Origin: Nitrospiraceae bacterium
GTDB taxonomy: Bacteria > Nitrospirota > Thermodesulfovibrionia > UBA6902
Assembly: GCA_003599425.1 (NCBI GenBank)
Contig: QZKC01000083.1
Coordinates: 10,372 to 74,371, forward strand
Length of the DNA stretch: 64,000 nucleotides
Direction: 5' to 3'
Shown: positions 17,303-27,885 of the stretch, one piece after another
Layout: every line of letters starts with the position of its first letter
How positions within the stretch are numbered: the stretch's first letter is position 1
Notes under the pieces: model-generated
What the model was told of the DNA's origin: nothing
Seen by the model: only the letters and a program-made list of their open reading frames with translations
Databases searched by the model: none
Position numbers and translations under genes: made by a program

Positions 17303-19726
17303 ATGAACAGATACATCTGCATACACGGCCATTTTTATCAGCCCCCGAGAGAGAACGCCTGGCTTGAAGAAGTGGAGCTTCAGGACTCCTCATATCCGTA
17401 TCATGACTGGAATGAGCGTATAACAGCCGAATGCTATGCCCCCAACACTGCGTCACGCATCCTCGACAAAGACGGAAAGATAGTCGATATTGTAAACAAT
17501 TACGCAAAGATGAGCTTCAATTTCGGCCCCACCCTGCTCTCATGGCTGGAGCGTCATCGTCCTGAAATATACCAGGCCATCATCGACGCCGACAGGCAGA
17601 GCATGGAATATTTTTCAGGACACGGTTCCGCTATGGCCCAGGTCTACAACCACATGATTATGCCCCTCGCAAACAGGAGAGACAAGTATACTCAGGCCAT
17701 ATGGGGGATAAGGGACTTTGAGCACAGGTTCAAACGTTTTCCCGAGGGAATGTGGCTTCCGGAGACCGCGGCCGACCTGGCTACCCTTGAAATACTCGCC
17801 GACCTCGGCATATCATTCACAGTCTTCGCTCCGCAACAGGCAAACAGGGCGCGGGAAATAAGACGCGGTTCCCGATGGAAAAATGCATCGGGCGGAAAGA
17901 TCGACCCAACCACACCGTATTTATGCCGTCTTCCTTCCGGAAGGACAATTACCATTTTCTTTTATGATAGCCCGATTTCACAGGATATTGCCTTTGGAGG
18001 ACTATTAGGCAGCGGAGAGGAATTTGCCAAAAGACTCCTTAACGCATTTTCTGAAGATAGAACGCTGCCGCAGCTTGTACATATTGCAACAGACGGTGAA
18101 ACATACGGCCATCATCACCGCGGCGGGGAAATGGCCCTCGCTTACTGCATCCATTACATAGAGTCAAAAAAACTTGCAAAACTTACCAACTACGGGGAGT
18201 TCCTTTCAAAGCATCCTCCTGAATATGAAATAGACATATTCGAAAATTCCTCATGGAGCTGCATTCACGGCATAGAGAGGTGGAGAGGCCATTGCGGATG
18301 CAGCTCAGGCATGCATCCTGAGTGGACGCAGGAGTGGAGGAAACCCCTGCGGGAGGCGCTTGATGAACTGAGATTCTCGGCAATCGCCATCTATGAAAAG
18401 AACGCCGGGAAATATCTCAAATACCCCTGGAAAGCGCGCAATGATTATATCTCCGTTATACTCGGCCGGACTGAGGCTGCAATAAAAAAGTTCCTGTTGA
18501 AGCATGCTGTGCGGGAGCTTGAGCATGAGGAAACAGTGAGGGTGCTGAAGTTGCTTGAGCTGCAAAGGAACGCCATGCTTATGTACACAAGCTGCGGATG
18601 GTTTTTTGATGAGATATCAGGGATCGAAACCATGCAGATACTGCAATACGCTTCAAAGGCCATACAGCTTGCTGAGGAATTGCAGGCTGTTACTCTTGAA
18701 ACAGGATTTATGGAAGCGCTTGAAGGCGCGCCAAGCAATGTGTACAAAAACGGCAGGGAGCCGTATGAACTATTTGTGCGCCCCGCCAAAGTGAACCTCC
18801 TGCGGGCCGGAGCGCACTATGCTGTCTCATCTGTTTTCCAGGGTTATAAGGATCAGACAAAAATATTCTGCTACTCGGCAGGGATCGGGGAGTATTCCAT
18901 TCTCGATACAGGAATGATGAAACTCGTGATCGGGAAAGCGTCCATCACAAACGACATAACGCTGGACGCGGAGACGATATATTTTGCCGTACTGCATCGG
19001 GGCTATCACGATATCATCGCAGGCGTAAAGTCATTCACCAGTGAAAATGATTATTCACTCATAAGCGAAGAGATAAGGCCGGCGTTTGAAAAAGAGGATG
19101 CAGCGCTGGTCATCAGACTCATACATAAACACTTCGGGGAAAATATCTTCTCCCTCGCTCATCTTTTCAGGGACGAACAGAGGAAGATCGTGCAGCAGAT
19201 ACTGCAGATGACGTTTGAGGGGATCGAAACATCCTGCAGAAAGATCTACGACAGTTACCGTGAGACCATGGGTTTCTTTCGGTCGTTCGGTGTCAATATC
19301 CCCAAACCGTTCCGGGCCTCTGCAGAATATATTCTGAACAGTGACCTGAAACATATATTCGAAGGGAGAGAGGTCGATACAGAAAAACTTAAAAAGCTCA
19401 TTCAGGAGGTCTTGAATTGGTCCCTGGACGTCGACAGGACCACAATAGGTTTTGTTGCCGGCTCCAGGATAACCTCGCTTATGGAGGAACTTTCCCTGCA
19501 TCCCGATAACACAGAGCTTATCGACCGGGTAGAGAATATCCTTAAGATCATAAGCACGTTCCCGGTTGAACTGGACCTGTGGAAGGCGCAGAACATATAT
19601 TTTTCGCTCGGGAAAAAACTGTATAAACCCTTCAGGGACAAGACCCCGAAGGCTGAAAGCGGTCAGCAGAAATGGATGGAAGCCTTCCGGAAACTGGGCT
19701 ATTACCTCCATGTCAAGATCGCGTGA
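17303..19726 (+). CDS. glycoside hydrolase family 57 protein with a long C-terminal (DUF3536-like) extension
   Basis: 807 aa. The N-terminus ICIHGHFYQPPRENAWLEE and ATDGETYGHHH are GH57 hallmarks. Confidence 0.8.
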   Translation: MNRYICIHGHFYQPPRENAWLEEVELQDSSYPYHDWNERITAECYAPNTASRILDKDGKIVDIVNNYAKMSFNFGPTLLSWLERHRPEIYQAIIDADRQSMEYFSGHGSAMAQVYNHMIMPLANRRDKYTQAIWGIRDFEHRFKRFPEGMWLPETAADLATLEILADLGISFTVFAPQQANRAREIRRGSRWKNASGGKIDPTTPYLCRLPSGRTITIFFYDSPISQDIAFGGLLGSGEEFAKRLLNAFSEDRTLPQLVHIATDGETYGHHHRGGEMALAYCIHYIESKKLAKLTNYGEFLSKHPPEYEIDIFENSSWSCIHGIERWRGHCGCSSGMHPEWTQEWRKPLREALDELRFSAIAIYEKNAGKYLKYPWKARNDYISVILGRTEAAIKKFLLKHAVRELEHEETVRVLKLLELQRNAMLMYTSCGWFFDEISGIETMQILQYASKAIQLAEELQAVTLETGFMEALEGAPSNVYKNGREPYELFVRPAKVNLLRAGAHYAVSSVFQGYKDQTKIFCYSAGIGEYSILDTGMMKLVIGKASITNDITLDAETIYFAVLHRGYHDIIAGVKSFTSENDYSLISEEIRPAFEKEDAALVIRLIHKHFGENIFSLAHLFRDEQRKIVQQILQMTFEGIETSCRKIYDSYRETMGFFRSFGVNIPKPFRASAEYILNSDLKHIFEGREVDTEKLKKLIQEVLNWSLDVDRTTIGFVAGSRITSLMEELSLHPDNTELIDRVENILKIISTFPVELDLWKAQNIYFSLGKKLYKPFRDKTPKAESGQQKWMEAFRKLGYYLHVKIA

Positions 19727-19766
19727 TTTGAACCTGTGTCAGTTGTTTTCTTTACTGGCAAGGATG

Positions 19767-20327
19767 CTAATGCCCGATAACCTCAAAGGCTGGAACAAAA
19801 GAAAAATCCCCACTGTTAATATCATTATTACTGCACTCAAATGCTACAACGTTTTTCCCGGGTAAGAGCTCATGTACAAACCCGCTGATATCAAACGGTT
19901 CAGCTTTGGGGAATCCGGAGCCGCCGCGAATGACTTCTATGCCATTCAGATATGCAATGAACGGGCCGTCACAAATCACTGACAAAGTCATGCCTGAAAC
20001 ATTATGAATATCGGCAATAGTGAATTGCTTCCGCACATAAACAGTTAAATACTTGCCTTGCATATCTCCCATATAGGTCCTGTTATTCCCCTTGCCATAT
20101 CCAATACCAGACAGGCCGTTCAGCCAACTGCTGTCGTTAAAACCATTCTGTGCCCAGTTTGACGGAGGTTTCTGGGCCCCCTTGAAGTAGCGCCATTCAT
20201 CACCTTGACCAAAATGGACAAGCTGCGCTGCTTCAGCAGCGTATACGTGCATACAGATCAAACCCATGAACATGCAGAGACCGAGAAGAAGTTTTGACAA
20301 GGAACAGGGGACCAGAGCTTTCATCAT
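19767..20327 (-). CDS. secreted protein with a galactose-binding-domain-like fold (putative)
   Basis: 186 aa with a signal peptide. The pattern WRYFKG...PPSNW...FNDSSW...GYG...YVRKQF...YLNG recurs in carbohydrate-binding jelly-roll modules. No catalytic domain is present. Confidence 0.4.
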   Translation of the reverse strand: MMKALVPCSLSKLLLGLCMFMGLICMHVYAAEAAQLVHFGQGDEWRYFKGAQKPPSNWAQNGFNDSSWLNGLSGIGYGKGNNRTYMGDMQGKYLTVYVRKQFTIADIHNVSGMTLSVICDGPFIAYLNGIEVIRGGSGFPKAEPFDISGFVHELLPGKNVVAFECSNNDINSGDFSFVPAFEVIGH

Positions 20328-20490
20328 TGTAACCTCCTAATGCTATGCAAAATACCTGTCTATTGAAAGGCAAATAAGATCAAAGCTTATTAATGTCTAT
20401 ATCATATTATGGTCTCTATGTCAAAGACATAGTTCCTTGAGGATAGTTATTATTTGGGTTAATCTGCGGCCAGGCCAAATGTCCACTGCA

Positions 20491-21015
20491 TCATTTGACC
20501 AGTTTCCTCTTCTGTTCGAGTTCGATATCAAGGTGCTTGAGCTTCTCGAGCTTTTCCTTCATTTCGGCATTTTCTTTCTCGATCCGGACAATGTCTTTCT
20601 TCATTTGCTCCGCCTTTTCTTTCTGGTCCTGATTTGCACTACCCAAAATTGCGATCTCTCTAAGTATTGCAAGCCAGTTCTGTACGTAAACCTGCTTGCC
20701 GCCTTCCGGATCAAGTGACGCATACATGCGAAGATGCTCAAGCGCCCTGTAATAATCAGGGAGAGGATTCCTGTAATGAGAATAAAGAAAGGCAAGCTTA
20801 ATATGTGGTTGGGCTGCGTCCGGGGGAGCTTGCGTCTTTTGTGCAGAACCTTTCAGCCGCTCTATCTCCTTCTGAAATTCAGCGGGCTGAAGGCTTGCAT
20901 ATTCGTAATGAACGGTATTATAAACAAATTCATTTCTTAATGTTCTTTGGGCGCATTGGGCCAGCATTACCGTAAGTGCAAACAATATTATGATTTTCAG
21001 GGAACGACACATCAT
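20491..21015 (-). CDS. putative lipoprotein with a C-terminal coiled coil
   Basis: 174 aa. The N-terminus LFALTVMLAQC is lipobox-like. The C-terminus is K/E-rich with a heptad pattern (KEKAEQMKKDIVRIEKENAEMKEKLEKLKHLDIELEQKRK). Confidence 0.45.
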   Translation of the reverse strand: MMCRSLKIIILFALTVMLAQCAQRTLRNEFVYNTVHYEYASLQPAEFQKEIERLKGSAQKTQAPPDAAQPHIKLAFLYSHYRNPLPDYYRALEHLRMYASLDPEGGKQVYVQNWLAILREIAILGSANQDQKEKAEQMKKDIVRIEKENAEMKEKLEKLKHLDIELEQKRKLVK

Positions 21016-21235
21016 GTAACTAACCTGACTTTCCGGGAAACTATCTCACGTTCAGTTCTGGAGATACGGCGCCTGTTTTCTGTCCCATCGTCTGATTCCG
21101 TATCATCATTATAATCGTTTTTTATTTGAAAGCAATCGTTAACTTAATTGTTCGGCCCGACAGTACTTGCGGCCGCTATACGGCACGCGGGAAGATATCC
21201 GCAATGGATATAGTATGGTGATGAGTTTCGTAGTA

Positions 21236-21811
21236 TTACAATGTTTCAGTTCTTTTCATCTTGTGGAATGTATTCTGGGCCGAAGACAATCCCTTGCTCA
21301 TAATCAGGGTTATTGCTTCTGCAGCCTGCCCAATAGACTCGTCAATAACAGGCTTTTCCCGCTTGGTAAAATCCCTCAACACATATTCCTCGACAGGGAT
21401 CCTTTCTGAGCGGCCGATTCCGATCTTCAATCTGATAAAATCATTTGTTCCGAGAACTTCCATGATCGACTCAACCCCCCTGTGGCCGCCTGAGGAACCA
21501 GCCTTTCTGATCCTGATAACCCCGGGGGCCAGATCGATATCATCATGTACCACAAGAATATTCTCAATATTTTCGTGCTTCTTCACCACTTCCCTTACTG
21601 CTATCCCGCTTTTGTTCATAAATGTCAGAGGCTTTATCAGGAGTACGTCCTTTTCCCCGATAAAGCCTCTACCATATATATGCGTTTTTGTCCTGGTCTT
21701 TAAAGGGAAAGAATATGTCCCGGCCAGGGCGTCAATAACCATGAAACCAATGTTATGCCTTGTACCGGCATACATGTCTCCCGGGTTGCCAAGGCCCACA
21801 ACAAGCCACAT
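21236..21811 (-). CDS. pth: peptidyl-tRNA hydrolase
   Basis: 191 aa. The N-terminus LVVGLGNPGDMYAGTRHNIGF is the Pth signature. It lies in the conserved prs-ctc-pth order. Confidence 0.93.
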   Translation of the reverse strand: MWLVVGLGNPGDMYAGTRHNIGFMVIDALAGTYSFPLKTRTKTHIYGRGFIGEKDVLLIKPLTFMNKSGIAVREVVKKHENIENILVVHDDIDLAPGVIRIRKAGSSGGHRGVESIMEVLGTNDFIRLKIGIGRSERIPVEEYVLRDFTKREKPVIDESIGQAAEAITLIMSKGLSSAQNTFHKMKRTETL

Positions 21812-21820
21812 AGGTATAGG

Positions 21821-22504
21821 TTACTTTTCTTTCTTTTCTTTTTGTTCTTTCTGCGGTGCTTCTTCCTCTGCCTTGCCTTTTGCTTTTATCACTTCAGGCT
21901 CAGCAACCTCTCCTTCAGCAGGTGCCGCAACGACTTCTTCTTTCGGGGCGGTCACAGAGATTATAACTTCTGAAGGGTCGGTAATTATCTTAATGCCTTC
22001 CTGCGGTGGGATATCGCTCACGTGAAGAGAATGCCCCAGTTCAACGTGCCCGGCGTCTATCTCTATCTTGTCAGGTATCTGCGTCGGAAGACACTCTACC
22101 TCCACTTCCCTGACGCGGTGCTGCATGATCCCGCCCATCTTTATGCCGGCAGGTTCTTTAATGATCACGATAGGGACTGTAACCTTGATCTTCTTTTTTA
22201 GAGACACTTCAAGGAAATCTACATGCAGAAGTTCTTCCGTCAGCGGCTCTCTCTGATAATCTTTTATAAGCACCGGATGCTCTGATGTCCCTGAAGCTCC
22301 TTCATTCAGTTCAAGGGTGATAAGGGCATGCTCCCCTGCCCCGGCAAGCAGAAGTTTCTGGACTTCTTTGCTGTCCAGTTTCAGCATGCAGGACTTTCCT
22401 TCTCCATACATCACAGCAGGGAGGAGATTTTTCCGTCGCAGGCTTCTTGCAACCCCCTTGCCGGTCTCAGACCTTGTGTCTGCTTTTAACAATATCTTTT
22501 CCAT
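21821..22504 (-). CDS. rplY: 50S ribosomal protein L25 / general stress protein Ctc (long form)
   Basis: 227 aa. The N-terminal L25 domain (ARSLRRKNLLPAVMYG) is followed by the Ctc beta-domain and a K/E-rich tail. Confidence 0.88.
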   Translation of the reverse strand: MEKILLKADTRSETGKGVARSLRRKNLLPAVMYGEGKSCMLKLDSKEVQKLLLAGAGEHALITLELNEGASGTSEHPVLIKDYQREPLTEELLHVDFLEVSLKKKIKVTVPIVIIKEPAGIKMGGIMQHRVREVEVECLPTQIPDKIEIDAGHVELGHSLHVSDIPPQEGIKIITDPSEVIISVTAPKEEVVAAPAEGEVAEPEVIKAKGKAEEEAPQKEQKEKKEK

Positions 22505-22530
22505 GACATAACCTCCAAATGTTTACTGAA

Positions 22531-23472
22531 TTATATAAAAAGTGAACTGATCGATGTTTCTTCATGTATCCTTTTAATGGCCTCGCCAAGAAGCGGCGCA
22601 ACTGAAAGCACTGTGAGCTTGCTGCATTTTTCCTGCTTGCAATCCATCGGGATGGTATTGGTCACGATCACCTCTTCGAGGTCGGAACCGTTGATCCTGT
22701 CCAGTGCCGGGCCTGAGAGCACTGCATGCGCGCAGGCCGCAACAACACGGTTTGCACCGCCAGCTTTGATTGCTGATGCTGCCTGGGTGATCGTCCCTGC
22801 AGTGTCGATCATGTCGTCAAACAGGATCGCAACTTTGTCCTTTACATCTCCGATAACATGCATGACCTGAGACACATTTGCCTTTTCCCGGCGTTTGTCG
22901 ATTATGGCAAGCGAGGCATTCAACCGTTTCGCAAAAGCCCTGGCCCTCTCAACGCCGCCTGCGTCAGGAGAAACGACAACAATACCATTTAAATATTGCT
23001 TTCTGACATATTCAGCAAGTACGGGTGCTGAATACAAGTGATCGACCGGGATATCAAAAAAGCCCTGGATTTGTCCTGCATGCAGATCAATGGTAAGCAC
23101 CCTGTTCACGCCTGTTGCGCTTAGCAGGTCCGCGACCAGTCTTGCCGAGATCGGGACCCTCGGCTGCGCCTTCCGGTCCTGGCGGGCATAACCGTAATAA
23201 GGGACCACCGCAGTAATTCTCCCTGCTGAGGCGCGCCGCAAGGCGTCTATCATCAGAAGCAACTCCATTATATTATTATTAACTGGCATACAGGTAGACT
23301 GTACAACGAAAACGTCCGCTCCCCTTACGTTCTCATTCACCTGTACCATGATCTCTCCGTCACTGAATGTTGAAACCATTGCTTCACCGACCGGGATGTT
23401 CAGCACATCCGCTATCTCTTTTGCCAGTGTCCTGTTTGAATTCCCGGTAAATAACTTTATACCCGCGGGCAT
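22531..23472 (-). CDS. prs: ribose-phosphate pyrophosphokinase
   Basis: 313 aa. Contains [20 protein letters not shown] and the PRPP-binding loop [14 protein letters not shown]. Confidence 0.95.
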   Translation of the reverse strand: MPAGIKLFTGNSNRTLAKEIADVLNIPVGEAMVSTFSDGEIMVQVNENVRGADVFVVQSTCMPVNNNIMELLLMIDALRRASAGRITAVVPYYGYARQDRKAQPRVPISARLVADLLSATGVNRVLTIDLHAGQIQGFFDIPVDHLYSAPVLAEYVRKQYLNGIVVVSPDAGGVERARAFAKRLNASLAIIDKRREKANVSQVMHVIGDVKDKVAILFDDMIDTAGTITQAASAIKAGGANRVVAACAHAVLSGPALDRINGSDLEEVIVTNTIPMDCKQEKCSKLTVLSVAPLLGEAIKRIHEETSISSLFI

Positions 23473-23696
23473 ATTACCCCCTTTTAGAGTCTTAAGTATG
23501 CTTTTTCCCTAAACAAAATTTGATGACCGGACGGGAGGATGTGAACCTCTCACCTCACAGTTTAATAGCTTGGTATTATATGCTTTTCAAAAAGTAAAAA
23601 TCTACTGATAGCAAAAGCCTGTCACAGATCGTTAATAACCCTGGACAAGTATGGCGGAAAAAAATACAGGCTGCATGAAAGGTTATACCGGGGCCT

Positions 23697-25175
23697 TTAA
23701 CATATCTCTTTTTCTCTTTTATTCAAAGATGTTAGAAGATCATCCCTGCAGCCATGCATTACTACTCCCACGCTTCCTTTATCAGTGAATTTTACCAACT
23801 CTATCTTCCCGTCTTTTCTCATTATATAAAAAGCACCTTTTTCTTCCAGTTTTGGGAAATACCTTCCTTCTATATCCTCATACAAATCAACACGTAACAG
23901 GTTTTCCCCGGATGCGACCGTATCTGCAGGAACAATACTGAGCACACCATTTTTTCCGATAACTGCATACTTCCCATGCGTGTTTATGTACCCGGAATAA
24001 TATTTGCCTTCTTCCTTATAATAAATGTCAGCATTCATCTGATATAGTTCTTCACCAACAACCTCGAAGTACCTGTCTTTTATTATTTTGAATATTTTCC
24101 CCGGGTAAGAAAGCACCCATTCGGACGTCATCTTATCCGGACTGTGGGTCAATATTGTCTTATTCTTTTTGAGAGCAGTTTTTTTCAGGCTATTATAATG
24201 AGTATGCACCGCACTGCCATTCGTGGAGACATCATGGATAACAATTGCATCATCAAAAGCTCTGGTCGCCTCCTCATACCTGTCCCTGCTCCACATCCGC
24301 TCTATATAATCATTGATATCACCTTTAATTACAGATGCCTCCTCAAATTCCCTTTGCGGCATCCCAAGCTTTTGCTCCCGCTTTTCTGTGCACAGACGAT
24401 TCCACAACTCTTCATCATGGACCGTATCCGAACTGAAAATCAGTTTCTCATTTTGTGTTGTAAATTTCACCCCTATGCATGGTATGCCATGCCATGTAGC
24501 AGACTTGACGGCTTCTATGGTATAGCCGTTTTGCGATTCGAATGCATTTTTATTGTTTTCATAGAACACATTCGACGAGAATGAATAAAAGCTCTCCGGT
24601 TCAACCCACTCCTTGTAATCAGGATCCCTGAAAAGCATGCGGCACCTTCCTGTCTTCAGGCTGATCACGATTTTTGCCCTGTCAGGCCCGACGACATTCC
24701 CATCTCTGTCCATTACAGTTAGTCTGGTTCTTCCGCTGCCTTCATCTGCCTGAACTATCCTGTATCGCGCAAAAGGTCCCATAACCCGGTAATCGACATA
24801 TTCACTGTAAGCAATATCTATTATGTTTTTTGATCCATAGTCAAGGCTTCTGTCAAGCGCAGGGCCTGACGTCTTCATGAGTTCATTATTGATCTCTTCT
24901 GATGTGAGGAGAAACAGCCTGTGCGGAACATCAGGCGCATATTTATGGAAAATGGAAAGATCATCAAACCAGCGCTTATGATCGTTATGACAGTGTGTGA
25001 TGATAAGTCCGGTTATTTCTTTAAGATCATGTCCGCCTATGATCTTGAATACAGGCGCTCCGCAATCGAGCAAAAAACTTTCCTGTCCCAAAACAACATG
25101 ATATCCAACTCCCCTTCCTGATCTTGAAAAAGGCCCCGAATCACCTAAAATTCTGACTGTTATCCCATTCGTCAT
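23697..25175 (-). CDS. metallo-beta-lactamase-fold hydrolase with a long uncharacterised C-terminal region
   Basis: 492 aa. The HxHxDH motif is ITHCHNDHKRW. Further His/Asp ligand positions lie downstream (SSDTVHD, ILTHS). Confidence 0.6.
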   Translation of the reverse strand: MTNGITVRILGDSGPFSRSGRGVGYHVVLGQESFLLDCGAPVFKIIGGHDLKEITGLIITHCHNDHKRWFDDLSIFHKYAPDVPHRLFLLTSEEINNELMKTSGPALDRSLDYGSKNIIDIAYSEYVDYRVMGPFARYRIVQADEGSGRTRLTVMDRDGNVVGPDRAKIVISLKTGRCRMLFRDPDYKEWVEPESFYSFSSNVFYENNKNAFESQNGYTIEAVKSATWHGIPCIGVKFTTQNEKLIFSSDTVHDEELWNRLCTEKREQKLGMPQREFEEASVIKGDINDYIERMWSRDRYEEATRAFDDAIVIHDVSTNGSAVHTHYNSLKKTALKKNKTILTHSPDKMTSEWVLSYPGKIFKIIKDRYFEVVGEELYQMNADIYYKEEGKYYSGYINTHGKYAVIGKNGVLSIVPADTVASGENLLRVDLYEDIEGRYFPKLEEKGAFYIMRKDGKIELVKFTDKGSVGVVMHGCRDDLLTSLNKREKEIC

Positions 25176-25240
25176 TCATTATCCCCAATTTAATTTTTAC
25201 TGTTATAATTATTTCAGCCTTGTCCCTTTAATTCAATACC

Positions 25241-27724
25241 TTAATATATTACTTCAAAAACCTCCAGTGTCCCTGACTTTCCTTTTATTTCAGCAGGTGG
25301 AAGTTCTTTACACTGGATGTCATGAGAATCAAGGGTTATAAATGAAGATTTTGTTAAAAGTATCTGTCGTTCCTTGGCAAGTCCGGAGAACCTGGAAGCA
25401 ACATTTACTGTATCACCGATAACTGTAAACTCCATGCGCTCAGGAGAACCGATATTGCCTAAAAAAACCTCTCCGGTATTAATACCTATCCCGATATCCA
25501 TAGAAAAACCAAACTCCTCTGTCCAATGCTTATTTAATAAGGGCATCTGTTTCATCATCTGGATCGCAGCCTTTATTGCATTCTGAGCCGGGTTTTTCAC
25601 ATGCACCAGGCTTCCGAAAACAGCTACAATGGCATCGCCTATATATTTATCCAGAGAGCCCTGATTATCAAAGATGATCTTTGCCATCGCGGAGAAATAC
25701 TCATTCAGGATATGTATTAACTGATCCGGCGGACGTGTCTCCGTTATTGTAGTGAAATTCCTGATGTCAGAAAAGAGTACTGTCACTATCTTCCTGTCCC
25801 CGCCGAGATTCAATTGAACATTGTTCTTAACAACCTGATCTACGATCTGGGGCGAGAGGTAGCGGGAAAGATTCGCGCGCACAGTTTCTTCCTTTTTCAT
25901 CTGCTCCGCGAGCCTGGCATTTTCAATCGCAATGGCGCCCTGATTGGTAAGTGTCTCAAGAAGGTATATGTCTTCCCGCGTATAAAAATGCCCTGATTTT
26001 TTGTGGCCCAGAGCAAGAATACCCGTGACCTCATTCCGGTATAGGAGTGGTACAGCAATGCTTGCGCCTATTTCATTAAATTTCATTATGCATGAATCTT
26101 TCACGTCCGCATACCTTGAATCTTCCGCGATGTCATATTCCGTAATAAGCTTCTTTTCTCTTGTTACCAGGGCAAGCAGTGGGTCATCACAGGGCAGGCA
26201 CCCGCCTATGATGTGTTCAGAATTTGCACCCGGATTGTCACTGATAAAGATCGTCTGACACTCACTCGCCTGTTTCTGCATAAGAATTATGCCGGCTTTA
26301 TCGATAAACATTTCTTTCCTTACAGTGCCTATGATCTTCTTTACTATTTCATCCATATTAAGCAACGACGTTAAAGCGTTGCTTACGGAGATTACCGTGT
26401 TTTTGTAATCATATTTCTTCCTGTAAAATAATAAGTCCACTATGTCCTGAATCTTTCGACTGACCGGGTTAAAGAAAAATACAACCAGCAAGGCAAAAAT
26501 TACAGGATAAACATTTTCTGCAGAGTCGCCAAGAAATGGACGCAATATGATAGTTTCCAGTATTACCTGTATCGCAAAATATGTGGTGCCGATAAGCGCC
26601 GTCATGATAACGTAACCAACGGCCCGCTTGATATAAACATCCACATCGAAGAGATTGTGCTTCGCAATGGCATAACTGAGAGAAACCGGAAGGAAGATAA
26701 AAAATAGCATATTTAAAGCAGGGAGCCTCACTAAGAACAAGTGAAAAAAGAGTATTGTTATTAAATTTACAACCGGCACAACAAGCGCCACTGCAGATCC
26801 CATGAGAATGATCCTGGATCGAATACGTGAAATAGCTGACAGAGGTTTTACATACGTATAGATAGTCGATACAAAAAACGAGATCAATGATGTGGCAATA
26901 TAAACAGTACATATTTTCTTCAAGTAAAGAGGCACATCCACAACCAGTGATGCCTCGGAACGCATTACTGCGAAAAGCACAAGGGACAAAATATAAGGAA
27001 CCATGACAGATGCCTTGCGATCCCGTGCCCATGTCCACTCGTAGGGAAATGTCTGCGCTATGTGCAGTATTGATGCAGGCAGAAAGGCAGAGGCGAAGAT
27101 ATATACACTGTCCAACCATTCAGGTGACAATTTACTGGTAAAAAGAAAGGACATATAAAGGCCTGCGTTAAACATCGTGATCAGGAAAGCCCATGACGGT
27201 CGACCCTCCGGTTTCATGAAGAATACAATTACTCCCAGTATAAAAAAGACCGTGCCCAAGAACCAGGTAAATCCAAAACGCATAAAGGCCCTCGAAAAAC
27301 CAAGAGGTACATTTGGGACTCTTATCGAAAAAATGTTTCCATTACGATCAACTTCGTAAATGTTAGCTCCCGGGACATCTCTGACCAGATGTTCTATCAA
27401 CTCTCCAAATGATCTAATCTTGAAATCGTTAATACCTGTAAATACATCGCCCTCTCTTAATCCTGACTTTTCAGCTTCTCCATTTACATCTATTACAACT
27501 ATCCTGTCGCTCACATCACTGACAGCCCATCCAAAATCTGCCTGACTTCCCCACGTTACAATATTCAGAAAGTATAGAGTGCCAATGAAGAAATAACTCA
27601 GGGTCAACAATAAGAACACTGATAAGAGAGGACGTCTGATCAGCAGGATTGACTTGATATTCAGTTGCCCCTTCCCGCTCAATACTGATTTTTGCTCCGG
27701 AGATGATTTAATATTGTCTTCCAT
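25241..27724 (-). CDS. membrane-bound class III adenylate/guanylate cyclase with PDZ, multi-TM, GAF and cyclase domains
   Basis: 827 aa. A PDZ-like segment (GEAEKSGLREGDVFTGINDFKI) is followed by about 8 hydrophobic helices. Then comes GAF (GILALGHKKSGHFYTREDIYLLETLTNQGAIAIENARL). The cyclase core has VTVLFSDIRNFTTITE, KYIGDAIVAVFG and VIGDTVNVASR. Confidence 0.85.
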   Translation of the reverse strand: MEDNIKSSPEQKSVLSGKGQLNIKSILLIRRPLLSVFLLLTLSYFFIGTLYFLNIVTWGSQADFGWAVSDVSDRIVVIDVNGEAEKSGLREGDVFTGINDFKIRSFGELIEHLVRDVPGANIYEVDRNGNIFSIRVPNVPLGFSRAFMRFGFTWFLGTVFFILGVIVFFMKPEGRPSWAFLITMFNAGLYMSFLFTSKLSPEWLDSVYIFASAFLPASILHIAQTFPYEWTWARDRKASVMVPYILSLVLFAVMRSEASLVVDVPLYLKKICTVYIATSLISFFVSTIYTYVKPLSAISRIRSRIILMGSAVALVVPVVNLITILFFHLFLVRLPALNMLFFIFLPVSLSYAIAKHNLFDVDVYIKRAVGYVIMTALIGTTYFAIQVILETIILRPFLGDSAENVYPVIFALLVVFFFNPVSRKIQDIVDLLFYRKKYDYKNTVISVSNALTSLLNMDEIVKKIIGTVRKEMFIDKAGIILMQKQASECQTIFISDNPGANSEHIIGGCLPCDDPLLALVTREKKLITEYDIAEDSRYADVKDSCIMKFNEIGASIAVPLLYRNEVTGILALGHKKSGHFYTREDIYLLETLTNQGAIAIENARLAEQMKKEETVRANLSRYLSPQIVDQVVKNNVQLNLGGDRKIVTVLFSDIRNFTTITETRPPDQLIHILNEYFSAMAKIIFDNQGSLDKYIGDAIVAVFGSLVHVKNPAQNAIKAAIQMMKQMPLLNKHWTEEFGFSMDIGIGINTGEVFLGNIGSPERMEFTVIGDTVNVASRFSGLAKERQILLTKSSFITLDSHDIQCKELPPAEIKGKSGTLEVFEVIY

Positions 27725-27767
27725 TCATAGTCTCTGTTCTTGGGGTTTCATTAAAAATGAACTATTC

Positions 27768-27873
27768 CGCAGCAGAGCTGCGAGTTATTTCCCCTCCTTC
27801 AACGGGAGGGGATGAAGGGGAGGGTGACTTTTTTTAATCACCCCTCCTAACCCTCCCCCGTCAAGGGGGAGGG
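27768..27873. repeat. cluster of G/C-rich stem-loops (REP-like) between lnt and the cyclase gene
   Basis: Four successive hairpins: cgcagc-aga-gctgcg; cccctcc-ttcaacg-ggagggg; ggagggtga-N-tcacccctcc; ccctccccc-gtcaa-gggggaggg (perfect 9-bp stem). Confidence 0.6.
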
Positions 27874-27885
27874 AACTTTTAGTGT

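Noticed and set aside
19055-19711. 218-aa minus-strand ORF opposite the GH57 gene
   Set aside because: It is antisense to a gene with clear family motifs. It has no SD and no recognisable domain.
21261-22025. 254-aa plus-strand ORF spanning pth and L25/ctc
   Set aside because: It is entirely antisense to two strongly supported housekeeping genes. Its low-complexity S/P/F-rich translation carries no motif. It is a typical shadow ORF.
23527-23554. tRNA-like T-arm (ggagg-atgtgaa-cctct) downstream of prs, where a tRNA is often found
   Set aside because: Reading the reverse complement gives no matching acceptor stem, D-arm or anticodon arm within 90 nt. At most it is a relic.
26469-27119. 216-aa Cys/His-rich minus-strand ORF inside the cyclase gene
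   Set aside because: It is an alternative frame of the multi-TM region of a well-supported 827-aa gene. The composition is an artefact of frame-shifted hydrophobic codons.
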